DNA from: Vicinamibacterales bacterium
GTDB lineage: Bacteria; Acidobacteriota; Vicinamibacteria; Vicinamibacterales; JAMQPK01
DNA: 64,000 nt
Direction: 5' to 3'
Assembly: GCA_035937795.1 (NCBI GenBank)
Contig: DASZHO010000046.1
Location: 936-64,935 of the forward strand
In this document: one piece after another, positions 1-11,288 of the stretch
Layout of the letters: every line of letters begins with the position of its first letter
Position numbering within the stretch: the first letter of the stretch is position 1
The notes under the pieces: generated by a model
Database searches by the model: none
The model's input: the letters and a program-made list of their open reading frames with translations, nothing else
What the model was told of the DNA's origin: nothing
Made by a program: the position numbers and the translations under genes

Positions 1-2924
1 TCGCCTCGCTCGAGCGCCGTGGCGATGGCCGCATCGAGAATCGACGCCGTGCGATCTCGATTCCCAAGCCGGCTGTACGTCTCGGCGAGCAACGACAGGT
101 AGTACGGCCGTCGCGCCTGCGCTCGGTTTCGATCGAGCCGCTCGAGGGCCGACTCGATGATCTCGACTCCTTCGGCGGGCCGCTCGCGCCCGCGTGCCCA
201 CCCGATGAGCGCGTGGGCCCAGTCTCCGTAGTAGGCGAATCCGTACCGCTCGCACAGCGCCACCGCCGCTTCCGCGCACGCGAGCGCACGCTCGCTGTCG
301 AGGCGCATCTGGTGGAGGAGTGCGGCGTATGCGAGCGCGAGGGTCTGACTGTACATGTGATCCAGCCGCCGCGCGAGCGCGATGCCTTCCTCGGCGTGCG
401 CCACCGCGGTGTTCTCATCGCCAAGCAGCCAGAGCGTGTGCGCGTACCAGGCGTGCGCGAAGACGCCAAGGTCGGAGCCGAGAGCGGAGCGCTGCGGATG
501 CTCTTCGTCGTATGCCGCGAGCGCCGCTTCGAAGTGATGTCTCGAGGCGTCGAGCTCGCCGAGGCTCAACAAGGTGCCGCCCATCGCGTGATGCGCTTCG
601 CAGCGGCACGATGGATCGGACACGCTGTACGCGAGCGCCTGCTCAGAGAGCTCGAGCGCGCCCTTGAGGTCGCCGAGCACGAAGCGAAGTCCGAAGGCCG
701 CCCAGAGCCAGCGCACGGGCACCTGTCCGTGCCGTTCGGCGCGCGACAACGTGAACACGCGATCCAGGTTCTGCTCGACTTCCGGCGCCGCATATCCGCG
801 CGCGGAGTTCAGCGCAATCGACAGACTCGAGCGCAGCGACAGCTCCTGCTCGTCCCGATCGCGTCCCGGCGGCAGCGTCTGCACGAGCGACAGCGCGTGC
901 GTCAAGCATCGGATTGCCTCCTCATTCGCCGACACGCGCGTGGCGACTGCGGCAGCACGCTCGAGAAACGGCACCGCCCGCGCCGGCTGACCTCCACGAT
1001 CGAGGTGCACGGAGATTGACGCGCTCACATCATCCAGGCGAGTGGCGAACAGAAGCTCCATCCCCTGCGCGATTCGCCGGTGGATGAGGCGCCGGCGCGC
1101 CGGTTCGATTCCGCCGTAGGTGACCTCGCGGATGCGATCGTGGCTGAAATCCCACCGTTCGTCCGCCTGAACGCGGACGATGTGGCGCCGCCAGAGTTCG
1201 TCGAGCGCGCGGACAAGCGCGTCTTCCTCGAGGTCGCTGGCCTGGGCGAGAATGTCGAACCGGAAGTCGCGGCCCACGGCTGCCGCGACTTGAGCGGCCG
1301 CGCGCGCGTCCTCTGAGAGCAGCGCCAATCGCGCGGCGACCACCGACTGCACTTGCGGCAGCGGGTTGTCACCTGGGGAGCCCGGCTGTTTCGCCAGCTC
1401 CATACGTCCACGTTCGATGATGAACAGGGGATGACCCTCGGTTTCGCGGAATGTGCGCACCAGCGCCGTCTCGTCCAGCGGATGCTCGGCCACTTCACCG
1501 GCCAGTTGCGCCGTGGCCGTCCGGTCGAGCGGGCCGAGCGCGATCATCGTCAGCAGATTGTCGCGCTCGAGCTGACCGAGCAGCCGTCCGAGCGGGGGAT
1601 TGTCCTGCTCCTCCTCCGCTCGCACGGTGCCGACAACGAGGCAGCGCGTGTCGGATGCCGAGCGCACAAAGTACTGAAGCCATTCGATCGTGTCGCCATC
1701 GGCCCATTGCAGGTCGTCGACGACGAGAACGAGGGGAGCCGCCGATCGGAATGCCTGCGCCAGCGCCTCGAAGAAGCGCAAGCGCTGCCAGCCCTCGAGC
1801 TGCCGGTCCGGCGCAGGAACCTCGGGGCGGTCGGCGAGCAGTTCGGGACGAAGCCTGGAGACGTCGGTCATCCAGGACGGGTCCAGTTTCATCAGCGCCG
1901 GCCGCAGCGCATCGCTCTTCAGCCATGCGGCGATCGGTGCGTACGCCAGCCGCCCTTCGCCGGCATAGCATCGGGTGGTCACTGGCGTGATGCCGTTGAG
2001 GCGGGACCAGTCGACCAGTTCTTCGGCGAGCCTGGTTTTGCCGATGCCTGCTTCACCGCGGATCAAGAACAGCCGCGTCCGGCCTGCCGCGGCGGCCCGC
2101 CATGCGTTCAGCAGGGCCTGCCATTCCGACTGGCGACCGACGAGCGGATAGACCGCGGTGCGCGGCGGCGCCGGGCTCACGGGCGCCGCAGCGTCCAGGT
2201 CGAGAATCTCGCGGTAGGTGATGCGCGTCGCAGCGCTCGGCTGGATTCCGAGCTCCTTCTTCAACACTGCAGCGCACTGCTGATAGAGGTGCAGCGCCGT
2301 GGCGCGCTCGCCGCGGCGCGCGTGACAACGCATCAGGGCGCACCAGGCCTGTTCATCGAGCGGATCGAGCCGGAGCAACTGCTGCGCGTGCTCGATCGCG
2401 TCCCCGAAGGCCCGATCGTGTTCGAGGAGGCCGACCAGATGCGCCAGAACCTTCCTCGCGCGCTGACGGAGACGTTCGCGGTCGGCGTCAATCCACTCGC
2501 CCGTGCACTCGGGCAGCAGGTCGCCCTTGTATAGACGAGCCGCCTTCTGCAGGGCAGCGCGGTCACCCTCCAGACCGCGATCGGCGGCGGCCTCGAAGGC
2601 CACCAGGTCCACAATCGCGCCGTCCTCTCCATGCCACGCCAGAGTGCGCGAGCCGACATCGACGAGGGCGTCCAGCCTCGGCCAGCCCTCCCGCAAGTGG
2701 TGCAGCTCACGGCGGAGATTGGTCAGTGCCTGGACGTCGCTCGATTCGGGCCAGAGGGAGCCGCCGACGCGCTGACGCTGGATCGGAGCGCTGCGGGCAT
2801 GGAGGACGAGAAAAGCGATGAGCTGCTGCTGCCGCGCGCTTGGCGGTTTGGCGAGTGAACGGCCGTCGGCGAAGATTCGGAACCCTCCGAGCAGCTCGAC
2901 GCGCAGCGGGGGCGGAACAGCCAC
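1..2924 (-). CDS. AfsR/SARP-family transcriptional regulator (OmpR-type winged helix + BTAD + P-loop NTPase + TPR-like C-terminus); 3' end runs off the left edge
   Basis: Not in the ORF track because there is no stop in the window. Hand translation of the minus frame from GTG at 2924 gives VAVPPPLRVELLGGFRIFADG, BTAD-like LYKGDLLPE...DEQAWCALMRCHARRGERATALHLYQQC, Walker A GEAGIGKTRL, and TPR-like YYLSLLAETYSRLGNRDRTASILDAAIA at the left edge. The + ORFs 213..1019 and 1353..2534 are antisense shadows. Confidence 0.8.
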   Translation of the reverse strand, partial: MAVPPPLRVELLGGFRIFADGRSLAKPPSARQQQLIAFLVLHARSAPIQRQRVGGSLWPESSDVQALTNLRRELHHLREGWPRLDALVDVGSRTLAWHGEDGAIVDLVAFEAAADRGLEGDRAALQKAARLYKGDLLPECTGEWIDADRERLRQRARKVLAHLVGLLEHDRAFGDAIEHAQQLLRLDPLDEQAWCALMRCHARRGERATALHLYQQCAAVLKKELGIQPSAATRITYREILDLDAAAPVSPAPPRTAVYPLVGRQSEWQALLNAWRAAAAGRTRLFLIRGEAGIGKTRLAEELVDWSRLNGITPVTTRCYAGEGRLAYAPIAAWLKSDALRPALMKLDPSWMTDVSRLRPELLADRPEVPAPDRQLEGWQRLRFFEALAQAFRSAAPLVLVVDDLQWADGDTIEWLQYFVRSASDTRCLVVGTVRAEEEQDNPPLGRLLGQLERDNLLTMIALGPLDRTATAQLAGEVAEHPLDETALVRTFRETEGHPLFIIERGRMELAKQPGSPGDNPLPQVQSVVAARLALLSEDARAAAQVAAAVGRDFRFDILAQASDLEEDALVRALDELWRRHIVRVQADERWDFSHDRIREVTYGGIEPARRRLIHRRIAQGMELLFATRLDDVSASISVHLDRGGQPARAVPFLERAAAVATRVSANEEAIRCLTHALSLVQTLPPGRDRDEQELSLRSSLSIALNSARGYAAPEVEQNLDRVFTLSRAERHGQVPVRWLWAAFGLRFVLGDLKGALELSEQALAYSVSDPSCRCEAHHAMGGTLLSLGELDASRHHFEAALAAYDEEHPQRSALGSDLGVFAHAWYAHTLWLLGDENTAVAHAEEGIALARRLDHMYSQTLALAYAALLHQMRLDSERALACAEAAVALCERYGFAYYGDWAHALIGWARGRERPAEGVEIIESALERLDRNRAQARRPYYLSLLAETYSRLGNRDRTASILDAAIATALERG

Positions 2925-3260
2925 GGGTCAAGATAACACGCGAATTCGAGCGTGCGCTTGAGAGCGGTCGGCGGCTGGGAAGCGGCGTCCGCGCCATTGA
3001 GTAGCAGGTGGCCGCGCGGAGTTAGTGCGAGCGACGGCATCGGGATGGATTCTGACTTGGACAGCCACGGCGTTCTCCCCGCAGCCAATAATGAAATGGC
3101 GGCCGGGACCCGGCTCGGGCGCGAAGCGGTTTGCCAGCAGCCGCTCCGGGGCCGCGTGAAGAGCACTACCTGGAGAAGAGGAGGTAGTACGTGGCTTTGC
3201 GATGGTCAGACTTGACCGCGGCAGGCCCAGGATCCACAATGGAGGAATAATGGAGGAACA

Positions 3261-3491
3261 GTGGCGACCTTGAATATCAAGAACCTTCCTGACGGTCTTT
3301 ATAAGAAGCTGCAGGCCAGGGCAAAACGGGACAGACGTTCCGTTGCGCAAGAGGTGACGCAGCTGCTCAGCGAGGCGCTCGAATTGTCCAAGCCGCTCTC
3401 GATTCTCGAACTGCAAGGGCTCGGCAAGGAGCATTGGCAGGGCATCGACGCAGCCGCGCACGTGCAGCGAGAGCGAGTCTCGTGGGATTGA
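3261..3491 (+). CDS. vapB: Ribbon-helix-helix antitoxin (VapB/FitA-like)
   Basis: 76-aa ORF starting MATLNIKNLPDGLYKKLQARAKRDRRSVAQEV (RHH pattern). GGAGG lies 4-5 nt upstream of the GTG start. It overlaps the downstream PIN gene. Confidence 0.75.
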   Translation: MATLNIKNLPDGLYKKLQARAKRDRRSVAQEVTQLLSEALELSKPLSILELQGLGKEHWQGIDAAAHVQRERVSWD

Positions 3492-3937
3492 TCGAAGATC
3501 TCGGTGCCGGCAACGTTGGCGTGGATACCGCGATCTTCATCTACTTCATCGAAGCGCATCCGCAGTTCCTCCCCGCGATCATTCCGTTGTTCCAAGAAGC
3601 CGACCAAGGTAAACGGGAGCTGGTCACGTCAGCACTGACGCTGCTGGAGGTGCTGGTCGTGCCTTATCGGGCCGGCAACCGCATGCTGGCGGCGCGATAT
3701 GAAGCCCTGTTGACGCGGAGTCGCGGGCTTCGGCTCGTCGATCTCTCGCATGACCAGTTGCGAGCAGCCGCGCAACTTCGAGCGGCAACCGGCGTGAAGA
3801 CGCCTGACGCACTTCAACTCGTTGCGGCCATTGGCGGGGGATGCACGACGTTCCTCACGAACGATCGTCGCCTGCCGTCGGCGCCTGGGCTACGCGTGGT
3901 GGAGCTTGCGTCCTACGCGAAGGGGCCGCTGGTTTAG
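3482..3937 (+). CDS. vapC: PIN-domain ribonuclease toxin (VapC)
   Basis: Frame of ORF 3434..3937. An in-frame GTG at 3482 overlaps the vapB stop by 10 nt. PIN-like acidic pattern: VGVDTAIFIYFIE ... LTLLEVL ... TPDALQLVAA ... FLTNDRRL. Confidence 0.75.
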   Translation: MGLIEDLGAGNVGVDTAIFIYFIEAHPQFLPAIIPLFQEADQGKRELVTSALTLLEVLVVPYRAGNRMLAARYEALLTRSRGLRLVDLSHDQLRAAAQLRAATGVKTPDALQLVAAIGGGCTTFLTNDRRLPSAPGLRVVELASYAKGPLV

Positions 3938-4076
3938 TTCGCCAACGCCGTGTTCGCGCCTCCGACAGCACAAGTCGCTTGAGAGCCGCATGGACTTCGG
4001 AAGAACTGATCGAGAGCTCAGTAGCGTTACGACGACAAGAACGTCTTGGGGCCGGAGACTGGGCTGAGCCATTTAA

Positions 4077-4095
4077 TATTCGCGATTCGCGAATA
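4077..4095. repeat. Perfect 19-bp palindrome TATTCGCGA-T-TCGCGAATA
   Basis: Read directly. 9-bp arms with a 1-nt centre, in the convergent intergenic region between vapC (stop 3937) and the giant gene (stop 4228). Confidence 0.9.
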
Positions 4096-4227
4096 CGGAA
4101 TGCCACGGCAGGCGTGGAGTGACTAGTCGATACACCCGCCCCGCTGCCGCGCGCGCCCCGCACTCGAAGTGCGCCAGACGGTCGATGGCATTCGACCCGG
4201 CGCAACTCGCTTATCGGTCGCCAATCC

Positions 4228-7200
4228 TCAACGCGACAGGATCTCCACAATCGCCAGGTTCCAACGATCAGCGGTGGGTGCGACATCATTCAGCGTGACG
4301 CTCGTGCCGCTGACCGGGATCGCGGGAACGACCCGTTGCGCCCAGTACGTGTCGTCCACCGGCGCGAGGTACTGGTGGACGAGTGCCTGATTCGGCCCCG
4401 GCGTCCGCGGAATCGCGTGATCCCAGTCGTTGCCGACGCCGAAAATCCATGAATTGTTTCTCGTGGTCACAAGCGTCGCGTTCGGAGCGCCCGAACTTGC
4501 GCCCGCAACCGTGCTAGCGCCGATGCCGCCTGCATTGGTGAAGCCGACCACGGTCAGCGACGAGTCAACCGATCGGTTGAGCGTCGCGGTCACCGAGACG
4601 TTCGTGAGGATCGCCGGCGCAACCGCGCACCAGATCTCCGAGTCGCCCAGTTTCGCGTTCGAGCGCGCCACGAGCTGCCAGGTCAGCCCACCTCCGGTCA
4701 CCTTCCTAACCGTCGTCTTCCCGCCACCAGGCGGCGGTCCATCGGCCGACACGAAAGCCAGCAGGAGCTCGTTCGCACTTGTTGTCGAGAACGAGCCGGT
4801 CTTGACGGTTGTCGCCGGACTTCCCTGGTCGGCCGACACGGTGATATCGACTTGCGGCGCGGGCGTCGCGGCGATCGCGATCGTGACCGTCGCGATGGCT
4901 GAGTCGTTCTGCCCGTCGTTGGCCTTGTACGTGAAAGTGTCGGCCCCCGAGTACCCAGCAGCCGGCGTGTAGGTGAACCCGCCGTCGGCGTTGAGCACCA
5001 CAGCGCCGTGCGCGGGCACCGTGACCAGGATGGCGGACAACGGGTCTCCGTCCGCATCCGTGTCGTTCGCCAGCACACCAGGCGCCGCAATCGTCAGCGG
5101 CACGTCCTGCATGCCGTTGTAGCTATCGTCCATTGCCACCGGCGGGTGATTCGGTGGCACGAGCCCGTAGCCGACCGTCACGTCGTCGATCGACGGCGTC
5201 GCGTTTGGATCGGTGCTCGCGAGGTCGACGCGGTATTGCGCGTATCGCGAGCGGCCGCCGATTGCACCGCCCGGCCGCGCGACCGAGGCGAAGGCGGTCC
5301 AGCTCGTGTCGGGCACCGGAGTGTCGCCATGGCGCGAGAAGAAGGCCGCGCTCGTACCCGCTGGTGTCTCCGCCGTCCACGATAGCGTGCCCCAATCGAC
5401 TGGCTGCGTCGCGTCGAACACCCGCGACACAAACGTGCCGGCGGCGGCGTACGGCCCCATGCGGATCCAGTCGACCGAGACGCTGCCCGCTCCGACGGTG
5501 AAATCGCTGACGAGCGGTCGCAGCGGTCCGGCGACCGCGACGGCGTGGGTGGCGACCACGCTGCCGTCCACCGAATACACCACGGTCGTCGGCGTCCAGT
5601 CGATCCGGAATCGATGCGGCGATCCCAGCAGAGAGGCGGCGAGCGGTGTGTCGATGCCAGCGCCGCCTGAACTGGTGCGCGCGAACAGCGCGCCGCCATT
5701 GAGCGTGCTGAAGATGGCCCAGGGCGCCGCATCGAGCGTGTCGGCGAAGCCGGCGTGCTGGAATGCGCTGCCGCTGAACGTCGCCACGAACTCCAGCGAG
5801 CGGCCGGCGGCGAAATTCGGGATCGTGCCCGCGCGCGCGCCGTCGACGACGAGGGTGCCGCCCGATACCGTTGCGGTGCCGCCAGGGTTCCACGCCGTGG
5901 ACGACCAGTCCACCGGCAGCACCGTCCCGAAGAATTCAGATCCGACCGTCGGACTCAGCATCACTTCACCGTCCGCGGTCTGCGCGATGTACTCCTGACC
6001 GTCGGTCGTGCCGGCGCCGAAATCCGCCACCGTCGTGTCGGTCGCGGCGAACTGAGTCGTCGGCGTCGCGAATGACAAGACCGCGGATGCGGCGCTGTTG
6101 CCCGCCGCGTCCGTCGACGTTACTCGGTAGAAGTACGTCGTCAGCGGCGCAAGCCCCGTGAGCACTACGCTGTGCGTCGTCGTCGACGGAGCACCCGCGG
6201 CATGGCTCGTGAGCGCAGACGCCGAAAGGGCGTAATCAACGCGCGAGTCGGCGGGCTTGTCAGTCGTCCACGTGATCGCGGCTGTGTTGCCGAGTCCGGG
6301 TGTCGCCGTCACGGCGGAAATAACCGGCGGCGTGACGTCGACGGTATAGATCGCCGTGTAACTGCCTGCCGCTGCGTCGAAGATCGCATAGACCACGCCT
6401 TTGACGACCTGGGTCGCGGAGCTCACCGCCAACCCGTCGCGGCTTATGCCGATGAGCGCGCCTCCTCTGGCCTGTGCGGGCACCATCGCCGTGAGCCCAT
6501 TCGATCCGGCGGCGGCATTGATCGTGAACGTCAGAACGCCCGCGTTGAACGCGACCGACCCGAGCGACGAGCCGTTACGGCCATCGAGCCAGTCGAGCAT
6601 CTGTTTCGCCGACACCACGGGAATCCCACGTGTGATCGCCGAGTTCACGGCGGCGTCCGACGGCTGCTCGGTTGGCAGATCGGTGTGCATGTTGGCCGTG
6701 AACACACCGTAGTAGCCGAGCGGGCCGAGCGCGCGATCGAATAACGTGTCGGATGTGAACGGATACGTCTGCCCGGATTCGTCGGTCATTTGCGTCGTTG
6801 CCTGATAGACGTCGATCGTGGTCCCGTCGACGTCGGCGAAGCGCATCGGCATTGCCGATCCCGTGAACAGGCCGGGGCGGTTCTGCACCCAGTTCGGCGG
6901 GTAGAAGTAGTAGTTGGTGTCGAACCGGATTCCGTTCGCCAGTTCCACCTTCGGCTGCGTGACGTAGTCGCTCCATGCGATGCAGTGCGTCCGGTTCGTC
7001 TGGAGCGGCGGCACCGACGGCCTCTCGAGATGGAACTGGGCGATCTGCTGCGAATAGAACGACGCCAGCGTCGCCGGCGTCCAGTCCGCGCAGTTGGTCG
7101 TCACATGGAGGGCGACCTCGAACCCGTCGTTGACGAAGCCGAGCGACGTCGCGTCGTCCATGCCCGGCGTACCGTTGTAAATGTAAGAAGTGCTGCGGAC

Positions 7201-9042
7201 GCACTGCCAGTCGGCGAGGCTGCATCCCAGCGCGCTGAGCCCTTTGTACTGATTGAACCGTCCGACGGTGCCACCGTTGGCGTGATCGTCGCCGGTCATG
7301 ACGAGCGCGGCTTTCGCGCCGCGCGGCAGATACCAGAAGCGCGGCAACGGCTTGCGGGCGCGATTGAGATGCAGCAAAAGATTCGCGAGCAGACGCTGCT
7401 GCTCGTCGGCCTGCGGGATCGCGACTTTGTTCAGATCGACCCAGTCCGGCTGCACGTCGCCACCGGCTGCGCCGAAGAAGAGATTGTCCGAACGGATCGG
7501 CGCGAGGCCATCGCGGTCCTGCCCGGACCAAGCGGGGTTCCCCTGGCGCGTGTAGACGATGGAGCGCGCGAGGTCGAACGTGAACGCAGCCGCCTGACCG
7601 GTGCCGACCGACGCGATCGTGACCGCCGGACTCATCGTCGCCGTCGCCGCATCGCTGAAGAGCGTGGCGATCGTGGACGCGCCGGACGCCCCGGCGATGA
7701 CGTAGCGATCCGCCGTGCCGTGGAACTGCATCGTGTCGGACACGATGCCGGCGCCAGGGGCCGCCGTGGTGTTGACCTGCAGGTACGCGTTCGCCAGAGT
7801 GGACGACTGGTCGGTCAGCCCGAGCAGCCCGGCAAGCTGCTTATCGGGACGCATGGCAACAAGGTTGCCTCCGTTCGACACCCAGTCCGTGAGCATCGCC
7901 ACCTGGCTCGACGTCAGCGGCATCTCACCGAGAATCGCGACGTCGTATCCGGCGAGGATCGCAGGCGTGACCTGCGACATGTCGGTGGCGGTGAACTCGT
8001 TCAAGCCTTCGGCGCGAAGGATTTCGGCGTAGTAGCGGCCGAAGGGGTTCGACGAGCTGGAGATGACAAGAATTGGCCCGCCCGGCCCCTCGTCGGCCGG
8101 CGGCGTGGGCGCGCCGGTCGTGAACGACCACACGACATCGGAGGCAAGCGCGTTGCCGGCGAGATCTCGCACGCCGCTGACGCCGCCGCTCACCGTGGCG
8201 GTGTACGTAGTTTGCTCCAGTAACCCGCCGGTGGTGGCAAGGGTCGCCGTGTGTGCACCAACGTTGTAGCTGACCGTCGCCGGTATCGCGGCGCCGGCCT
8301 GGTCGTGCAGCGTAAATGCCGATGAAGTGAGGCTCGCCGGATCGATCGCTTCGCTGAAGGCCGCGGTTACCGTCGACGCTAGCGGCACGCCGGTGGCGTT
8401 CGGCGCCGGTGTCACGTTCAGCACGACGGGCGGCGTCGTGTCGGGTCCGAGGTCGGTCTGCAGCACCACGTCGACCCAGTAGTTGTTCGCGCCTCCCATC
8501 GTGGGAAAGCCGCTCGCGCCGTAAAGAAACACGCCGTTGGGCGTCGACTCGCCGTTGACGCCCGCTCGCAGCGCGTGCAACGGCGGCGAGTCGACGCCGG
8601 CCGCCGAGAAGAATCCGCTGTCGAACGCGAAAAAGCCCGAGTCGGCGTGATAAGAGGCGACGTACGTCGTGTTCGCCGAGATCGTGACCGGTGGAGTGAG
8701 CGCGATCTCCTGCCAGCCGGCCGCGGATTCGTTCGTAAACGTCGCTTCGGCCAACAGTGCGCCGGTGCCGGACCAGAGGTGGCCCACATGTGAGCCGATG
8801 TTCGCGGTTCCTTTGTAGAACCGCAGCGCCGTCACGAACCCGTTGACGTCCGATCGGAACTTCACGCCGACCTCGATCGGCCGTCCGTCGGTGACCGCCG
8901 GATTCGCCGGGGCAGCCGCCGGCGTCCAGATGCTGCACGGACAGCCGCTCGACTGCGCGACGACGCGGTCAGCGCCCGCTCCGGCGAGGATCAGGCAGAG
9001 CGCAGCGACAACGAAAAACACACCACGAACCTGATAGACCAT
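4228..9042 (-). CDS. Large secreted multidomain protein (DUF4082-like, Ig-like, Fn3-like, lectin-like, cadherin/VCBS-like modules)
   Basis: 1604-aa ORF with a hydrophobic N-terminal signal ([17 protein letters not shown]). DUF4082-like block [21 protein letters not shown]...TTYVASYHA. Fn3-like [15 protein letters not shown]...[15 protein letters not shown]. Cadherin-like [15 protein letters not shown]...[12 protein letters not shown]. Confidence 0.85.
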   Translation of the reverse strand: MVYQVRGVFFVVAALCLILAGAGADRVVAQSSGCPCSIWTPAAAPANPAVTDGRPIEVGVKFRSDVNGFVTALRFYKGTANIGSHVGHLWSGTGALLAEATFTNESAAGWQEIALTPPVTISANTTYVASYHADSGFFAFDSGFFSAAGVDSPPLHALRAGVNGESTPNGVFLYGASGFPTMGGANNYWVDVVLQTDLGPDTTPPVVLNVTPAPNATGVPLASTVTAAFSEAIDPASLTSSAFTLHDQAGAAIPATVSYNVGAHTATLATTGGLLEQTTYTATVSGGVSGVRDLAGNALASDVVWSFTTGAPTPPADEGPGGPILVISSSSNPFGRYYAEILRAEGLNEFTATDMSQVTPAILAGYDVAILGEMPLTSSQVAMLTDWVSNGGNLVAMRPDKQLAGLLGLTDQSSTLANAYLQVNTTAAPGAGIVSDTMQFHGTADRYVIAGASGASTIATLFSDAATATMSPAVTIASVGTGQAAAFTFDLARSIVYTRQGNPAWSGQDRDGLAPIRSDNLFFGAAGGDVQPDWVDLNKVAIPQADEQQRLLANLLLHLNRARKPLPRFWYLPRGAKAALVMTGDDHANGGTVGRFNQYKGLSALGCSLADWQCVRSTSYIYNGTPGMDDATSLGFVNDGFEVALHVTTNCADWTPATLASFYSQQIAQFHLERPSVPPLQTNRTHCIAWSDYVTQPKVELANGIRFDTNYYFYPPNWVQNRPGLFTGSAMPMRFADVDGTTIDVYQATTQMTDESGQTYPFTSDTLFDRALGPLGYYGVFTANMHTDLPTEQPSDAAVNSAITRGIPVVSAKQMLDWLDGRNGSSLGSVAFNAGVLTFTINAAAGSNGLTAMVPAQARGGALIGISRDGLAVSSATQVVKGVVYAIFDAAAGSYTAIYTVDVTPPVISAVTATPGLGNTAAITWTTDKPADSRVDYALSASALTSHAAGAPSTTTHSVVLTGLAPLTTYFYRVTSTDAAGNSAASAVLSFATPTTQFAATDTTVADFGAGTTDGQEYIAQTADGEVMLSPTVGSEFFGTVLPVDWSSTAWNPGGTATVSGGTLVVDGARAGTIPNFAAGRSLEFVATFSGSAFQHAGFADTLDAAPWAIFSTLNGGALFARTSSGGAGIDTPLAASLLGSPHRFRIDWTPTTVVYSVDGSVVATHAVAVAGPLRPLVSDFTVGAGSVSVDWIRMGPYAAAGTFVSRVFDATQPVDWGTLSWTAETPAGTSAAFFSRHGDTPVPDTSWTAFASVARPGGAIGGRSRYAQYRVDLASTDPNATPSIDDVTVGYGLVPPNHPPVAMDDSYNGMQDVPLTIAAPGVLANDTDADGDPLSAILVTVPAHGAVVLNADGGFTYTPAAGYSGADTFTYKANDGQNDSAIATVTIAIAATPAPQVDITVSADQGSPATTVKTGSFSTTSANELLLAFVSADGPPPGGGKTTVRKVTGGGLTWQLVARSNAKLGDSEIWCAVAPAILTNVSVTATLNRSVDSSLTVVGFTNAGGIGASTVAGASSGAPNATLVTTRNNSWIFGVGNDWDHAIPRTPGPNQALVHQYLAPVDDTYWAQRVVPAIPVSGTSVTLNDVAPTADRWNLAIVEILSR

Positions 9043-9294
9043 AACTCTTTGAACCTCGGGCCGGTTGCTGAGGGGAGTAAGACGCTAACAGGTTGGCGAT
9101 CGCAACGCAAGCGCGGACGCACTTGCGTCATTGAAATCGCGAATTCTTGTCTCGGCTCATGAAGACGCCTGTGAACACATGGCGCCGCTCGGCTGCGTCA
9201 CGCCGTCAGGGACGCCGAGGTACCCGACAGCAGCCAAATAAGTCGGCGAAAGCGGCTGTGCTCAAACGCACAGACGATTGTCAGCGATTGCCTC

Positions 9295-9663
9295 ATGCTG
9301 AACGGGGTAGGAAATTCAACCTGGAGGCTTCCGACTGCAATGGTGATGGATGTTGAGATCGAACTGCGGATTCCTACGGTCACGGTAGTAAAGGAAGATG
9401 GCTCAAATGGGAGAGTCGACAATACGCATGTCAGGTTCAAGAAGGTCATTCAACTGCCTGCCTTCCCGCCGCAGGGCTCCACGATACAGCTCACTGCCGG
9501 GTCGGACCTGGCGTTTGAGTGCACGATAGCCAGAGCCGACTGGCACGAGGAGAAACAGCTCTTCGTGCTGGCCTGCAGGTATCCCAAGCAGAGAATGCTT
9601 CCGCAGGAATACGAGACGTTGCTCAACGACCCGCGATGGCAGCGGACAGAACTGCAGTCGTGA
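9295..9663 (+). CDS. Hypothetical small protein (start may be ATG 9340)
   Basis: 122-aa ORF in a locally lower-GC stretch (about 9100-9700) with visibly AT-richer third positions than its neighbours. GGAGG at about 9325 precedes the internal ATG at 9340. No recognisable motif. Confidence 0.45.
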   Translation: MLNGVGNSTWRLPTAMVMDVEIELRIPTVTVVKEDGSNGRVDNTHVRFKKVIQLPAFPPQGSTIQLTAGSDLAFECTIARADWHEEKQLFVLACRYPKQRMLPQEYETLLNDPRWQRTELQS

Positions 9664-9732
9664 ATCGGGTCCGCGGGTGTGCCCTTCTGGACAGCCTCCT
9701 CTTTGGGAACCGAATAGGGTTGTGAAGGCGCA

Positions 9733-10494
9733 ATGGGAACCGCGATCAGTGAGTCGCTCGAGTGGTTTGGCGATCTGGGGATCTTTTCCTGGAAAGTATC
9801 CCGCGCGGCCGTCACAAGGCCGTTCGAACTCCGCGAGATCATCCGGCAATTCGACGAAATAGGCTCGAAATCAGTCCCTCTGGTGATGCTCGCGGGCGCG
9901 GCGATTGGCACCGTCCTCGCGCTGGAGACCTGGAGCAGCCTCGTCCGGTTTGGCGCGCGGTCCCTGCTCCCAGCGACCATCGTGTTCTCGATCATCCACG
10001 AGATGGGGCCGGTCGTCACCGGGTTGGTCGTCAGCGGACGAGTCGGAGCCGGCATCGGCGCTGAGCTGGGCTCGATGAAAGTGAGCGAGCAAATCGACGC
10101 CATTGCGGCCTCAGCGGTCAATCCCTACAAGCTGCTGGTCGTCACTCGCGTTCTGGCGTGCATCGTTGCCTTGCCGATGCTGACGCTGGTGGCCGATTTC
10201 TGCGGGATCTTCGCAGGATGGATCGCGAATACCCTGGTCAACCCCATTTCCTTGCACAGCTTCTTGACCAAGGGTTTCCTGAACGTGAATTTCAGTGATT
10301 TCCTCGCCCCGACCTTCAGAACCACCGTCTTCGGTCTGATCATCGGCTTGGTGGCCAGTTTTCAGGGCATGCGCACCCAAGGAGGCACGGAGGGTGTCGG
10401 CCGCTCGGCGACGAGCGCGGTCGTGCTCTCTTCACTGTTTGTCATCCTGGCGGACGTCGTTCTCGTCAAGGTGATCCTCATTTTTTTTCCATGA
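9733..10494 (+). CDS. mlaE: MlaE-family ABC transporter permease
   Basis: 253-aa multi-TM ORF with a typical MlaE N-terminus (LEWFGDLGIFSWKV...ELREIIRQFDEIGSKSVPLV). ATGA overlap with the next gene. Confidence 0.85.
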   Translation: MGTAISESLEWFGDLGIFSWKVSRAAVTRPFELREIIRQFDEIGSKSVPLVMLAGAAIGTVLALETWSSLVRFGARSLLPATIVFSIIHEMGPVVTGLVVSGRVGAGIGAELGSMKVSEQIDAIAASAVNPYKLLVVTRVLACIVALPMLTLVADFCGIFAGWIANTLVNPISLHSFLTKGFLNVNFSDFLAPTFRTTVFGLIIGLVASFQGMRTQGGTEGVGRSATSAVVLSSLFVILADVVLVKVILIFFP

Positions 10495-11279
10495 CGCAGA
10501 CGATTCCAGGAGCCGGCGGCGGCAGTCCGAAGACCGTTACGCCGGGCGAGCCGGTCCTGGTGCTTCACGACGTCCACAAATCGTTCGGCGCCGAGCACGT
10601 GCTGGACGGCATCAGTTTCACCGTCGCCCGCGGCGAGACGCTCACGGTCCTCGGCCGGAGCGGCACCGGGAAGAGCGTGCTGTTGAGGCTCATCATCGGA
10701 CTCGATCATGCAGATGTCGGTTCGATTTGCATTCAAGGCCGGGAGACCGCGGGCCTCGACCTCAACGAGATGAACCAATTGAGAGTGAAGATGGGTTTTC
10801 TGTTCCAGCATGCGGCTCTGTACGACTCGCTCACCGTCGAGCAGAACGTGGCGTTTCCGTTGGAGCGGCACACGAATATGTCGACGGCTCAACGGCGCGA
10901 TCGTGTCAAGGAATTGATGAGCAGCGTGGGCATGGAACGCGATCTCGACAAAATGCCGAGCGACATTTCCGGCGGCATGCAGAAGCGAGTGGGTCTGGCA
11001 CGCGCGCTGGCGCTGCAGCCGGAACTCCTCCTTCTCGATGAACCCACCGCGGGACTCGATCCCATCACCGCAAGCGAAATTGACGCCCTTATTCTGAAGC
11101 TGCAGGACGAACACTCCCTGACAGCTGTTGTCGTCACACACGATCTTCGTAGCGCGAAGACCATCGCAGACCGTCTGGCGCTGCTGGATAAAGGAAAAGT
11201 GGTGATCGAGGGCAGCTTTCAGGAGCTTGCTGAAAGCCAGGATGATTTTGTGCGGGAATTCTTCCGGCGGGATTCGTAG
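10491..11279 (+). CDS. mlaF: MlaF-type ABC transporter ATP-binding protein
   Basis: Walker A GRSGTGKS, ABC signature ISGGMQKRVGLARAL, Walker B LLLLDEPTAGLD. Confidence 0.9.
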   Translation: MTQTIPGAGGGSPKTVTPGEPVLVLHDVHKSFGAEHVLDGISFTVARGETLTVLGRSGTGKSVLLRLIIGLDHADVGSICIQGRETAGLDLNEMNQLRVKMGFLFQHAALYDSLTVEQNVAFPLERHTNMSTAQRRDRVKELMSSVGMERDLDKMPSDISGGMQKRVGLARALALQPELLLLDEPTAGLDPITASEIDALILKLQDEHSLTAVVVTHDLRSAKTIADRLALLDKGKVVIEGSFQELAESQDDFVREFFRRDS

Positions 11280-11288
11280 GGAGCCACT

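Noticed and set aside
213-2534. Long + strand ORFs 213..1019 (268 aa) and 1353..2534 (393 aa)
   Set aside because: Arg/His-rich sequences with no motifs. They lie antisense to a continuous minus-strand frame with clear BTAD, Walker A and TPR motifs. These are typical high-GC shadow ORFs.
4430-8269. Many + strand ORFs inside the giant gene (for example 6790..8223, 477 aa)
   Set aside because: They are antisense to a 1604-aa ORF with recognisable domains. The translations are Arg-rich and low-complexity.
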